Below are positions 51,706 through 64,000 of a DNA stretch of 64,000 nucleotides, piece by piece. The stretch comes from Octopus sinensis. Lineage: Eukaryota. The position numbers and the translations under genes are program-made. Under the pieces are notes generated by a model, which saw nothing but the letters and a program-made list of their open reading frames with translations, was not told the origin of the DNA and searched no databases. Every line of letters begins with the position of its first letter. Within the stretch, counting starts at the first letter, position 1. The DNA lies in NCBI RefSeq assembly GCF_006345805.1, contig NW_021832531.1, positions 310,001 to 374,000 of the forward strand, read 5' to 3'.

Positions 51706-52221
51706 CTATTTACTTTTACCAATTGATTTTTTAACTTTTTGAATTTTTTGAAGACGATTTTTATTCAATTTATTTTTTCTGGGTGATCCTGGTCTCTGGC
51801 TTAGATTAGCTAATAAAATTCAAATTTATTAAAAATACTCATAAACTCTGTATTTGATTGAATTCCTTTTAATAGGGGAATGTACGGCTGCTTTTCATTT
51901 TCTTCAATAAATAAGTGAAAAACAAAAACCATCTATTTTTAGTAAAATATAATCTTCACGGTTAGAAAATACGTTGATTCCTGATTCGGCGAGGTCATAT
52001 TTTGGTAAATTACGCACGAACCCGTTTTCGTCCGCCACGTCTATTTGGTCTATAATACATTTTAAAAATATGATTTTAACCATCATCATTACAATTACAA
52101 CGCTTTTTAATGTTTTCTATGATTAAATCTAATCGACAGTTTGGATTAAAGAAATCGGATTGATTATCTAATAGCTAAAATCCCAATTAAAATAACCTCC
52201 GTGTCTCAAAATAAAGTACAT
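51706..52221 (-). CDS. C22orf15/CXorf65-like small protein, 4 exons
   Basis: Spliced translation MYFILRHG/DNQSDFFNPNCRLDLIIENIKKRCNCNDD/DQIDVADENGFVRNL...EDYILLKID/ENEKQPYIPLL...; resembles the family pattern F-x3-HGDNQ-x4-N-x-NC...I-D-L-x-DE-x-G. ATG at 52221, TAG at 51706-51708. Confidence 0.6.
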
Positions 52222-52866
52222 ACTTCTTCGCTATTTAGAAAAAACTATGAAAATGAAACTTGTTGTCAAGGGTGATTTTTAAATAAATTTATTATGTTGT
52301 TTAATTATTTTAAATAAATTTAATAATTAATTTATCTTGATTTTTCGACTTTTCATAAAATAGGATCATTTAAAAATATATTTAACAAAAAAATTAAATT
52401 GAAATATAAATTTATTCACGCTTCAGAGATTGATAGTCACCAATGACTTAGTCGGATAGATAAAAGTCAATTATTCACGAACACGTAAACAGCGTTGACA
52501 TTAATTAACTTCTTTTTATTCGGTTTATTAATTATTTAAAAAAACTTTTCGATTAAACATGAATTAGTTTATTTAAAAAATTAATTGAGCTATATTTGAC
52601 AAAATTTAAAGACACAAAACCATTTTTTAATAAGAGTGTATAATGTTTAATATTTATTAAGGGATCTGTCATTTTAATTGATTGAGAATAACTTTAAATA
52701 TTTAATAATTTTTTTGATTTTTAAATATATGTATTTTTTAATAATATTATATATGTATTTTAATTAATAAATATTCGTTCGTGTTGTTTGTAAATAATTT
52801 AATGCATTTTCATATACTTTAATTTTAAATTTATTAATAGGGAGATTATTATTATTGTCAATTAAC

Positions 52867-54544
52867 ATGGATGAAAACATGAACGAAGATGAGTTGGAAA
52901 TAGTTTAATTTTACTTACTTATTAACAGTTCGAATCTGTTAATTATTCGAACCATCACAACGACATGGAGTTTAATTTTCGTGAAGAATCTGACATTCAT
53001 TCTGTCCAAACACACGAAGATCTATCTCCATTTCAGATTTCTTCAAAAATTGAGGAATCCTTAACAACTGAAAATTCCGGCTTTGTCGCATCACCGAAAG
53101 AATGCAACGTAGATACACCAAGTGCTCCAACAAGAAGACAACGTCCGGGAAGACCTAGATCTTTGTTAGATAAGAAATGCAAAGTAAAAAGAACGGATTT
53201 ATCTAATTTTTTAAAAAGTAATCACATTTTGATTTTAAAATAAAGCAGGGAAGGACTTTAATCCAGAAAATAATCAAGATCATCCAACTTTTACATTCGA
53301 AAATATAGTATTTTTTATTTTTTATTTCGTTGGATCTTAAATTGGAAAATGGGTTTTCCAAAGGAATGTCTTTGGAGGCGGTCGACCCTTTTAATCCAAA
53401 TTTGTACTGCGTCGTGAATGTGGCGGCCGTGGCAGGAACGAGAATAAGACTAAATTTTGATGGATATAATTCCTGCTATGACTTTTGGCTTGAAATTGAT
53501 TCCTTATTCATGTTTCCGGTAGGTTGGTGCTCAAAAAATGGAAAAATCCTCGAGCCTCCAATGGGTTTTATTATAATATAAAATATATTAGGATATTCTG
53601 AGTTTGAATGGTCTACTTATCTTGAAAATGATAAGAGATTTGCTGCTCCTGCTGAGTTATTTAAAGTGGAGATTATGACGTATTTTCATGTTTATATTTG
53701 ATTAGAAATGTTGTTGCTTATTTCAAATTGGAATGAAATTGGTGGCAATTGAGTCTGATCAACTTCCAGCATACTTTGTTAATAGAATAGCTACAGTGAC
53801 TGATATATTGGGAGATTTTCTACTTTTAAAATTTGATGGAATGAAGAATTTTTGTGGTTTTTGGGCGAAAGTTGATTCTCCTTTTATAAAGCCTCTCGAC
53901 GACTTTGATGATGATTTGGAAGTTCCTGATGGTTCTTTATTTTGGTAAATATTCAGATGTTCTGGAAAATTTTCAAAAGATAAATATTTATGTGGAATGA
54001 ACATTGCCCCAAAAAATTTATTTCATCCCGTTTGTAGCAATTTTGAGTATTTTTAGAGAAATCCTGTGGGATATTTTCAGGGGTTGAGAATAGAAACAGT
54101 GGACAACTACAATCATGAAATAATTCGTCAGGCGACCATTGCTTTGGTGAAAGGACACCGAATCAAGATACATTTGTTTGGATGGCCTAAACCATACGAT
54201 TACTGGTTGGATGACGACAGTCCATTAGTCTATCCACCGGGGCATTGCTCTAAATATGGGCTAGAAATTACCATTTGTTTTCCGCCATCTAAAAACAAAA
54301 ACATTTCTTGTTCGACTACTATTTGCCGAGGAATAGGCCATATCAATGGACAACCTGACGCTACACACGAAATGTTTTCTTTTTTCTAATTTGTCTAGAT
54401 TGGCTCACTGTCCTTATAAAAATCATAAACCCGTTCAATGAGAACGAGATTGGTCAAGGATGAACCTCTACAATGTCAAGACGTTGATAAAAGTATCGGA
54501 TCTGTTAAAAGAAATCGTTCTTTTGTTGCGAATGTCCTCGAGAC
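52867..54544 (+). CDS. L3MBTL-like protein (3 MBT repeats + C2HC zinc finger), truncated at the duplication junction
   Basis: NGFSKGMSLEAVDPFNP...LNFDGYNSCYDFW...FPVGWC (MBT1), GMKLVAIE...LKFDG...FW (MBT2), GLRIETVDNYN...IHLFGWPKPYDYW...YPPGHC (MBT3), CSTTICRGIGHING...HCP (zf-C2HC). No SAM domain before 54545. Confidence 0.85.
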
Positions 54545-55108
54545 AAGCACACAAATCCGCTCCGGATGTTTTTTACGTTTTACATCACTTACTCGCTGTG
54601 GAATATAGCAAGAGAACAAACGTGTTCTAACGTAAATAGAGTGGCACCTTTGTTTTCGTTTATTTTTTGTACTAAAGACCTGTCTCCAAGTTGATAAACC
54701 CAAACATAGCCATCTTTAATATAATATTGGGGTACCTGTCAGACAAATAAGCTGATTGTGGTCAGCCGATGCAGTCAACTGCAACTAAATTGTTAAATAT
54801 TAATGAAAGATGGATACAATTGGTTTTTTGGAGAAATTTTTTTGTATATTAACTAAATCGGCTCCGATCGTAGCTATTTGGTGTAAAATGAATAAATACT
54901 GTCTAAAATATTGGCACGGTATTCTAAAAGTGACCCGTTTCGAGTTCCAACTAATATCATTATCTCTAAATAAATTATTTTAGAATTCAATGCCAATTCC
55001 ATTATTTGATGATTTTTCATAAGAAGTTACACATTCTATTGGATAAGGGGCTTTTTCCACAAGTGTACAGAAATTAAATGGTATGTGACATCGGCCATCA
55101 TGTTCCAT
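54545..55108 (-). pseudogene. VPS39: 5' fragment of VPS39 in duplicate copy 2
   Basis: Same first exons as 21144-21707 (ATG at 55108); cut at 54545. Confidence 0.8.
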
Positions 55109-57582
55109 TTAAGCCTATCACAAACGACCGAATTTTATATTTATTTTTTGATAAAAAATTAAAATTAACTGCACAGATTATAATTTAGTTTTTATCTATT
55201 AAAACTTGTCTATTAATTATAAATATATCAAAAAAATTTCTATTGATAACTGTAACGCAGTCAAATACTTCTCGTTTATTCGCATAGAAACGTTTAGTTG
55301 AATCTTTGATCAAAAAGGCATTAATCTGTTCGCATTTTATTTTTCGCTTGATGGCCAAAATTCGATTTTATGAAAATTATCAGAATAAGCTTATAGTTTT
55401 GGAGGAACACCAAGGATATATGGATCTTGGTGTGATTGAAAGTTTAGGTTTACTAATCATTGTCGAAATGGTAGTTGTTATGGAGTATATGCGTAATATA
55501 ATTAAAATGCGCATCTCAAATACCCAATATTATTATCCAAGTAATACGTCGGTTTTTTGCAATTTGAAATAACTGAGTACGCTGAAATTGACCATATGGT
55601 CTATAGAATACTCAGGGACTATCGTTTTTATTAGGGGTCAGCAATTATGAGACTTGGGCTCGATAAGGTCGTTCATTTAAGCAAGTCAAATATACTCAGG
55701 GTATAAAAACATTTCGAGTTGTTCGTATGTTTGGGATCTTTGTTTTAAAAAAGTATTGTTACTAACATAGAGAATATAAAGGGCTATTTGTCGACTAAGG
55801 ATGCTCTATGTGTACTAGTAAAGAATTATTTAACTTCTCATTTTTATATTTGCAATTTGCCTGATCCATGATCCCAGATGATTTAAAACATGTGAAACTT
55901 AAAACTCAAATTTTAAAATTCCTGATAATTGATAAAAGACAACATTGCCAGTTGTTTTTTACGAGGACCTTAAACAAATTAGAAAGTGAAATAAAGATAG
56001 AAATGATCTCGACATATTTACGAGATGCGACTCGGATTAGAACAAAATAGAGAATCTGACCAATTGCTTTGACGTGACAATGACGTCGTGTAGAACTAGT
56101 AATAATTGATAAAGAATTAATCGAATGAGTTAGAAATTTATATTCAGATGCCAGCTATTTGGTGAGCATTAAGTCGAAAGGAAAATTGAGGGTCTCAAAA
56201 TAATTTCACGTGATAAAATTAGAAATTAATTTACTAATATTTATCTATTGTGTAGAATAATATTACTAGAAACCATAAAGAAAGGTTTTAGATATGCTCT
56301 TACGGTGAAAAAATGACAAAATCATTTTTATGAGTTATAATTAACAGTTAATTAACTTAACTCTTTGAATCAACAAACTTTTATGATCCGAGATTTATAC
56401 TACATTAGAACCTTGTAGTACAAGTGCCTCATTTCACCAGCAGATCGCTTAACGAGCATATGATAAAAATTTTTGTCTTGTATGATGAGTATAAATTTGT
56501 ATCACAAACGTTTAAGCGAAAGATAGTATCACAGATCTTTTTGATCCATGAAATCTTTTTCGATTCCATCAAGGAGACCCAATTTTTTTCTGCTTTTTAG
56601 ATAATTTAATATCTAATGATCCCGAGACACAGAGCTATCAAGCTGCTGGACGACATGATTTCTTTAAAAAGTATAATTCTAGACAACAGCATAATTATAT
56701 ATCGTTGGTTTTAGCTTGAATTTTGAATTAAGTATTCGTTTTTTAAATTAAAAAAGTCGACCTTTAATATCTGTGAATAATTTTAAATATTTCAGGAAAA
56801 ATAATGATCAAAAATAGATTAATAATCGAATTGTTGATTTAAAAATTCACATTAAGATCAGAAATAGTCGTTTTGTCAGTCAATTAAGACAAATGTAATA
56901 ATTTTACAAAAAAATCCAAATTTATTTATTGCCTTGAAAAATTTAATTTTGTTTAGATTATTATGCGTTAAGGTTAATTACGTTTTAAGATTATTTAACA
57001 TGCCCATAAAAATATTTATAGTCAAGTTCTCAGTTATCATTTTAGCATTTTTGTTTTATTCAAAAATAACTGAAAAATACATTGAACCGATAGTTTATTG
57101 CTTTTGACCTCAAATAAAAGTTTAAATAGTAATTCCTCAATATCTAATGATTCTATTTAAAGCACTTTATTACTATATCTGAATTGATAAACGTTAAGTA
57201 AAGAATGTTTACGTAATTATACACTTAACAAACAAGTTGTATAATAGTTTGTGAAATTGACTTATTTCTCTCTCGTGTCTATTTTTCAATTATAGATAAT
57301 TTATTTTATTTATTTAACCGCCAAGACCACGGTAAGAGTCAAAACAAAAGTCACGTGATCCCGATGCACTTGTGATCCCGATAATTGTTTTGATAAGTGG
57401 ATAAAATTTATTTTCACATTAATTTAATTACACTTCAAATTCTCAAAACAACTTTTATTCGCAAATATTTTATTGCACGTTATTAGAATTTACTATTCAA
57501 GATAAAAATATAATTAATGCTCTTCACATTGGCTATTAATAAATATTATAGAAATGTCGACAAAAGACATGATTAGATAGAC

Positions 57583-58147
57583 CAGGGGTTCTCAACCTTT
57601 TTAGCTCAAGGGCCAAATCGATAATTAAGATTAGCTTCGCGGGCCGCACAAAAAATATTTTATATATTTTTATATTTTCCATTTTACTAAATATTGATTC
57701 GCATAAATATGTAGATTCATATATGCATTGTGTCTTATATTTTTGAATTTGTCTTGAGGAATTAATTCGTAAAAATTAATAATTGACGCATTTTTGAACA
57801 ACGCCACCAGTTCTATATCATGTTGTAAATTAATAAGTTCTAGTTGAAACTTTGCAGGCTCATCCTTAATTTCCACGCTGAATGGAGTTGCGAATATTTT
57901 CATTAAAGGAAGGAATTTTTTAAAATTCTAAAAATTAAATTTATATAAATTTACCCCAAAACGTGCTTCAAATTGATTAATGAAATCACCAATTCCAATT
58001 ATGGATTATGTATATGTTTAACCTTAAGAATGAATAATTAAATTTAAACATTATTAAAAAATTTAAAAAGTCAGTTACTCTAGAGGGGCCGCAAAAAAAA
58101 TCCTGGGGGCCACATGCGGCCCCGGGGGCCGCATTTGAGAACCGCTG
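57583..58147 (-). mobile_element. Non-autonomous hAT element, duplicate copy
   Basis: Same AGATAGAC TSD (57575-57582 and 58148-58155) and TIRs as 24170-24715. Confidence 0.88.
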
Positions 58148-58912
58148 AGATAGACAATTGCTGTCTATTGTAATTAAGTGATTATAATCTTCAAAGGACG
58201 ATAGAATTTTTATTAATTTACCGTCTATATTTTCATATTACTAAGATGGATATTGATTTTTTGTAATAAAATTCTGGATGTTAGTCAAATCAATTATCTT
58301 AATTTAGTTGGTTAGATTTTAGTTAGCCAGGTAATACAATTCTGGGATCGATTAAATTAGTCATATGAGAATTTTTTTAATTTTCAAAAAATGATTTTTA
58401 TAAATAATGTATATAAAGTCATTTTAAATATAAATAAAATAAACCTTTTATAGTTCTAAAACTTGTCTTTTGGTAAAAAATATTTTGATGTCATTTAATT
58501 AAAAAAGATATTTAAATCATTTTTATTTTATTTATTAATTTATCACCATTATAGATATTGATAATTATATTCTTTTGTGGTTTAATAGTTTTCATCGTAG
58601 TATTTATTGTACTGCCGTATTACTGATATAAATTCATGTTTGGGGCAAATAATGAAAAAAAAGCCCTGAAAAGGAACACATTGGGTCCCCCCGATGTTTA
58701 CCCTCAGTCCCAAGATCAAGCTGAGGTAACTATCCTCTAAATTACTATATTCTAGGATGTCCTCACTGCTGAAGTAATCCGGAAGGGATTCATACACAAA
58801 CCTCCTTCTGGCCAGGTAGTAGGTTACTTTAACCTATTTTAAGTATCTGACCAACCTGGCCTGTCCTGCCACTAAACAACAAGTACGATTAAATTGATTA
58901 ATCTTTCAGATT

Positions 58913-61900
58913 ATGTCATTTATTGGTGACGTATTCGACAAGAAATACCAAGAAAAGTCTCCTCCGCCAATCACTAAGAAAAAGCAACCTCCAATTTCAA
59001 ATGCAGTCAAACTTTCATTTTTTCCAGTTAGCTAATCAAGATTGGTCATGTTTTAGTACACACCTCAGTCTAGGCCTGTGGTTGAAATGTGGATTGGTAA
59101 TCTAGCTAAAGGAAAGGCATTTCATGAACTACTAAAGCAGGTTAGGTCTGCTCAAAATATCACCCAGGTGCCTTATTTCAACAAAAAAGAGGAAATTTTC
59201 ATTTACCTGTTTAAAAACAAAGTTCCAATGAACAGATGTGTTTGGTTCCTGAAAGTCAGTTCTGTCTTATATTTGCAACATGCTGAAAATAACCGCAAGA
59301 AAAGCAATACCCGAAACCACAGTCCCTCTTCAGGTGCATTTCTATTCATTTACTGTCTATAGAATGGACAGTGGCTATTGTTGATTTAATCGATTCTCTA
59401 CAGGAATCAATATTTACTGGAAATCAGACAAATCAAACAAATTTGTCAAGAAAAAACCCCATAGCATCTTTATCGGGGCCAACTAATACTTTGACTTCAA
59501 TTAAACTGCAAGAAACTCTTAAAATGATAGACTTTCTTGTGTTGTTATTGGAAAATATGTACGAGGTATGATTTGATTGTCATTTCGTGTAGGAAAAGCT
59601 TGTTTCCTGTTCTTTGTTGTTCAAATGGCTAATCAGTAAAACTGAGAACTATTCAGGAAATTTTCAAGTCTTTTGCATGCATTGGCATATCTGTGCAAAG
59701 GTATGTATTGATCCATTTTTGGCATAATTATGTAACAACACAATTAGTTTATCGGTCAAATAAAGCGCTACATGACTTTCGCCCGCAGACTTGCCACAAG
59801 TGCGGCACAGTCGTTGACTAACATCTTTCATACATTTAATATAGATCCTAATAGGTCCTCATATTTTAAACATATCAGGGATTTGTTGATGGATATGGAA
59901 TGTGTTAATGCCAAATCTTTAATTACAAGTCTTATTGGACTTATACACGATTTGCTGATTCATTGTCCTACAGCGTTTGTCCATTACAACTTGATCGTTG
60001 CAAACCCAGTATTTACATTTTGTCCATTCGATTTCCTCCCTTGTCTCCCTTCACAATTATTTTTGTCGGATAGCAAAGTAATATTTTTGGTTCTGACTTT
60101 AGTTTTGCTCTCAGGAAAGAATTTCTAAAGTTAGACAAGTCGAAGCTGAAATACTCGGACGTAGTGCAATGTGTGGTAGCAGGTGGCAATCGTTCCCTCA
60201 CAGACTTGGAAATACCGGTTGTGGCATTTTAATGTCTATTTTGAAGGCAAAACATTGAAATGGGTGACGTTTGTACTAGCAAAACTCAATTCTCTAAACA
60301 TAAATGCAATGTTAAGTCCTGGTTCCGTGGATGAACTTTATACTAGTCTTTATCAGGAAATTTGTGATAATGTTTATTTACACTTAATATTTAAGCAGGA
60401 ATGTTCTTTGGATGAAAAAGCATGTATAAATTTTTTCCTCGAATGGGCTATTTTGGACGACGAGGACGAGTGTCACCGGCCATTCCTGATTGCCGAAATT
60501 ATTTCAAAGCGGTTAAATCAATTGGCTAATGATAAAACCCAATATGATGTATTGCGAAATTAATATTGATCACCAGATTGATGAAGAAATTTCCGAATCG
60601 GACTATATCAAAGAATTCCAAAAAATTTTCTTTCACTTTTTGTCGAAATGTCAACTTCCACGTATATTTTACGAGATTGATATATTCTTAGATAGTGGAG
60701 CTGTCGCAGGATGGGGGCCCTTTACTCGAATATGCTGCCTTGTTGGTGAATTGACCCGTGTTGGGTTATTTACTTATTCTACCTACATAAATTACTTAAT
60801 ATCCAATGGAGTATTGTCTAATGAATTCCCCACAAATGTTGATTGTTTACCTATTTCAAATGTAATGAATACAACTTTCTAGTTAACCATTAGAGTCATC
60901 AGCATTCAGTTTCTGATCCTAGACAAGGACTTGGAAAGACTGGGCGATATTCTCACGAAAACATACCATCGATTCAAAATGACGATCCGAGTGTTCGTCA
61001 TGTTCTATTTCTAAAACATTTTCCTTCACGGATTTCCTTCTCTCGTTCAGATTTCGAATCTTACTTGCAAAATGAGCGTTTTACTCTTCTCTACGGATTT
61101 AGCCCGCATCGTAAAGCAGTTTCCCAGAGATTAAAAAAAGTGATTTAATTTAATAAATTATTTGTAGATCGCCTCTAGAGCAGTGAAGTTTGTAGTTCCA
61201 ATGGGATTCCAAGAAGTAAAGGACGTTGTATTTTATGCTCATATACGGGAAATAATCGACCTTAACGCGGCACTGGCAGATTCCAAATCTTCAATTGCTT
61301 TGTTGCCGATTGGAGACTGTGCTTATATATCAAGTTGGTTGTTTGAGATTGAATGTGTCAGTTCTGTGTGCTGAGAAGGCATTGGATCTGTTCGAATCCA
61401 TTCTTTCCGGAAAGACACAAACCGGTCTTATTCACATTTCTGTAATCGAATGGATTCTCGAACTCTTCGATTCTTCTTTCTTAGTGTCTACTTTGCTCAA
61501 GTTTTGCTCGATGGTTTACTTGCATTTTATAATTTAGTAGTATCGATTAGTTAGTTAGTGTGATGGCGAGACTTCATGAAATATTTGGAACCTTTTTCCA
61601 CGTTTACGTTGTCGCTGTTGTGTTTGCAGTCATTGGAATATTAGATAAATATAGAACACCTTTCTTTTTAAATTACAACATCGTCCACGACGTTATTGGA
61701 AGGTATTTCTATAGTTTTTTGATTTTTAGCATTCTTGGTTGTTTTGACGGCAGGGTTGTTAGCGTTGCCTGCTTTTCCCATTTGATCTGTATTAGGGATT
61801 TTGTAGCTGCGGTTTTTCTGAATTCTCAGACTATTCGAGTTTATTGTTGTCTATTACCTTAAGTCTGATTTTGACATGAAGTATCAAGACTTTTCATTTG

Positions 61901-64000
61901 ACTGTACTCGAATCATTTCGAATGGTTTGGTAGAAGGGTTTGGGTATTATTTGATACTCGATGACAATTTATTTTCCCGGATAAACCGGGAATTCCTGTT
62001 TGCTTTGACTTTATTATTAAAATAGGTGGAGTTCCCAGTCTCTTTTTCTTATTTTGGGAATGGCAGAATCTTCTTTGATTCAGAGTCGTATTGTTAATAT
62101 TGTTGGGACTATTGCCACTTCCACTGATTTGACAAGGTTTAGAAATCCTAAATTGGTATTTCAGAACTTATCAAATGTCTCTTCGCTGTGTTGAAATTTG
62201 CATATTAAACCGGCATTTGCAAGAAGAATTTCTGACTGCTCTCCACGCTATTTATGATTCGTCATCTAATCATGTTTACTCGCGTTATTATGTAAACTGG
62301 CCAATGGTATTATTTCCATTTATTCCCTGTTTTATGAACGTTTAAACAAGGAGTCGGTGCTAGTCTTTATAGCAACAATGGTTTCTCGTCGGTGCATGCT
62401 TGTCCAGGCAGTTCTCTCCATATTTCTAAGATTACTTCCTGCGGTTCCTCTTAACGGTTTTTTTTACTTTTATATTCTAAGTGAAACGACTTAAAAAGGG
62501 ATATGAGATTGAGGCCTTCCGAACGGTGATAAATGTTTTTACGACCCTTTTTCACTGTTCTTCGTTGGATAAAAATTATATATCTTTGAATAAGCCCTAT
62601 AACTCTTTGGGTGCACTTTATGACAGAATGTACACTCACTACGCACATAAAACGGTTCCATGGTGTGTGTTGTCCGGGTTTTATTATCGTATTTTTGGAA
62701 TTATTGGTTATAAGACATTTAATTAAGTATATAGTTAAGATGGCGTATATTATGACATTGGACGTGTCTTTGATAAATCCAGATATAAATTCTGGGTATT
62801 CTATTGGTTTGTTGATTTATCATAGAAAATTGCCTCACAGTAAAGTCATTTTTGACGAAATTTGGTTTTGGATGTGCCTGGTTATATCTCAGCCGTGGGT
62901 TAAGAAAGCATTTTTGACAGATTTTTCTCCAAATGAGTTCAGATCTATTTGTCAAAAACCCGAATCATTTTCACCGGAACAGTCAATTGATATTCTACGT
63001 TTATTTTTATTTCCGGAATTGCCTCGATTTTATCCTTTGGATTCTGCATATATAACAAGGATGAATTATATTGAAGATATTTTCAATTACCTGTCCGTTT
63101 GGAATATTCCAAGGAAAACTATTTTGTTTTGTGAAATCATTGCTTCAAAGGTTAATTCCTTTCTTATGTTTTAGACTATTTCCAATGCTGACATTGTCAG
63201 TGTTTTGTTGAAGTTTATTCTAATGTCCCACGGTAGCTCCGTCGATGATGATATCTCAGAAGATGAGGAATTATGTTTTCTGAGTCTTCCTCGAAATTCA
63301 AAGTGGCTAATCCCAATTTTAATTGAAACTATTCCCGAATTGCAGGAATTAGTCATACACCAATCAAACAAATTGCTCAGCAATGAGAATTTTTGTGTTC
63401 CAGATCACTCTAGGTCTTTTGTTTTGCTAAGTTGTATAGTGATAAACCAATTCCGATGGCAGCATTCATCAATTTGATTGTATCCTGTTTACAGGCTAAT
63501 CAAATACTCCGCGAATCATTTTTGTCTGGGCTTTTGTCTCAATTTGTTAGAATAGCTGATAACTCGATGATTGTTATATTGATGCAAGTTATATCTAGAT
63601 TTGCAAATCACAGCGTAAAGAATATAAAAAGCGAGTGATGGATCCATTTCATATTAGAATGGAACTGGTATAGTCTTCTTTTATATCTGTAGCTGACCAA
63701 ATTATTTGATTACGTGATTGCCGAACAGAGTGTGGCTTGGATGGTAGTTTTGGCTCAGATTATTCTTCGTGAAATTGTTACATGTGACTTTGAAAGGTTT
63801 TGTATTTTTATTTGACTGTATACAGAGATTTATTTTTGATTGTTTATGACATGTTGGTATCTCTTGCTATTGTCGTCAGTGGTGAAGATTTGTCTTCAAT
63901 TACTGAGTTCATGAAAAAGATTTGGGTCGTCATTTTTTTTTATTTTTTAGAAAGAAATGAATAATTCTTCCGATGAGTGTAATCAACTTATAAGTCAACT
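58913..64000 (+). CDS. MED12: MED12 duplicate copy, incomplete at window end
   Basis: ATG at 58913; ORF 59078-59362 contains the Med12 N-terminal motif with fewer frameshifts than copy 1. Confidence 0.78.

Larger units (their letters stand above)
54545..64000 (+). repeat. Copy 2 of the ~9.4-kb duplication (runs to window end)
   Basis: Collinear with 21144-30546, with scattered substitutions and many 1-bp indels. Confidence 0.95.

Overview
Eukaryotic, strongly AT-rich genomic DNA, not prokaryotic: there are no operons, CRISPR arrays, rRNA or clear tRNA genes. The MBT plus C2HC-zinc-finger gene points to an animal. Nearly every gene is broken by miniature GT-AG introns of mostly 22-36 nt, which is why the ORF track is fragmented; this suggests a reduced-genome parasitic metazoan such as a myxozoan or mesozoan (inference only). 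Splice-parsed housekeeping genes: a divergent EEF2 (runs off the left edge), NFU1, GEMIN2, VPS39, MED12, ZNHIT2, RPL3, a P4-ATPase flippase, a C22orf15/CXorf65-like gene and an L3MBTL-like MBT gene. There is also a cleanly spliced 204-aa orphan gene (17853-18592) that the ORF track misses. Intergenic DNA is a dense, nested mobile-element landscape: two pogo/Tigger elements and hAT/Buster elements with intact TIRs and target-site duplications, a tRNA-derived SINE with a 14-bp TSD, about six dispersed fragments of CRE-like (RLE) retrotransposons, RTE-like and Tc1/IS630-like remnants, and a fully delimited 2.7-kb non-autonomous Helitron carrying a 16-copy ~95-bp satellite. A ~9.4-kb block (21144-30546) recurs at 54545-64000 with scattered substitutions and many 1-bp indels. 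Its left junction cuts both the MBT gene and the second VPS39 copy, so it is either a recent segmental duplication or an uncollapsed haplotype/misjoin. No clearly new enzymatic system is evident. The best leads are the micro-intron architecture, the satellite-carrying Helitron, the orphan gene and the duplication junction.
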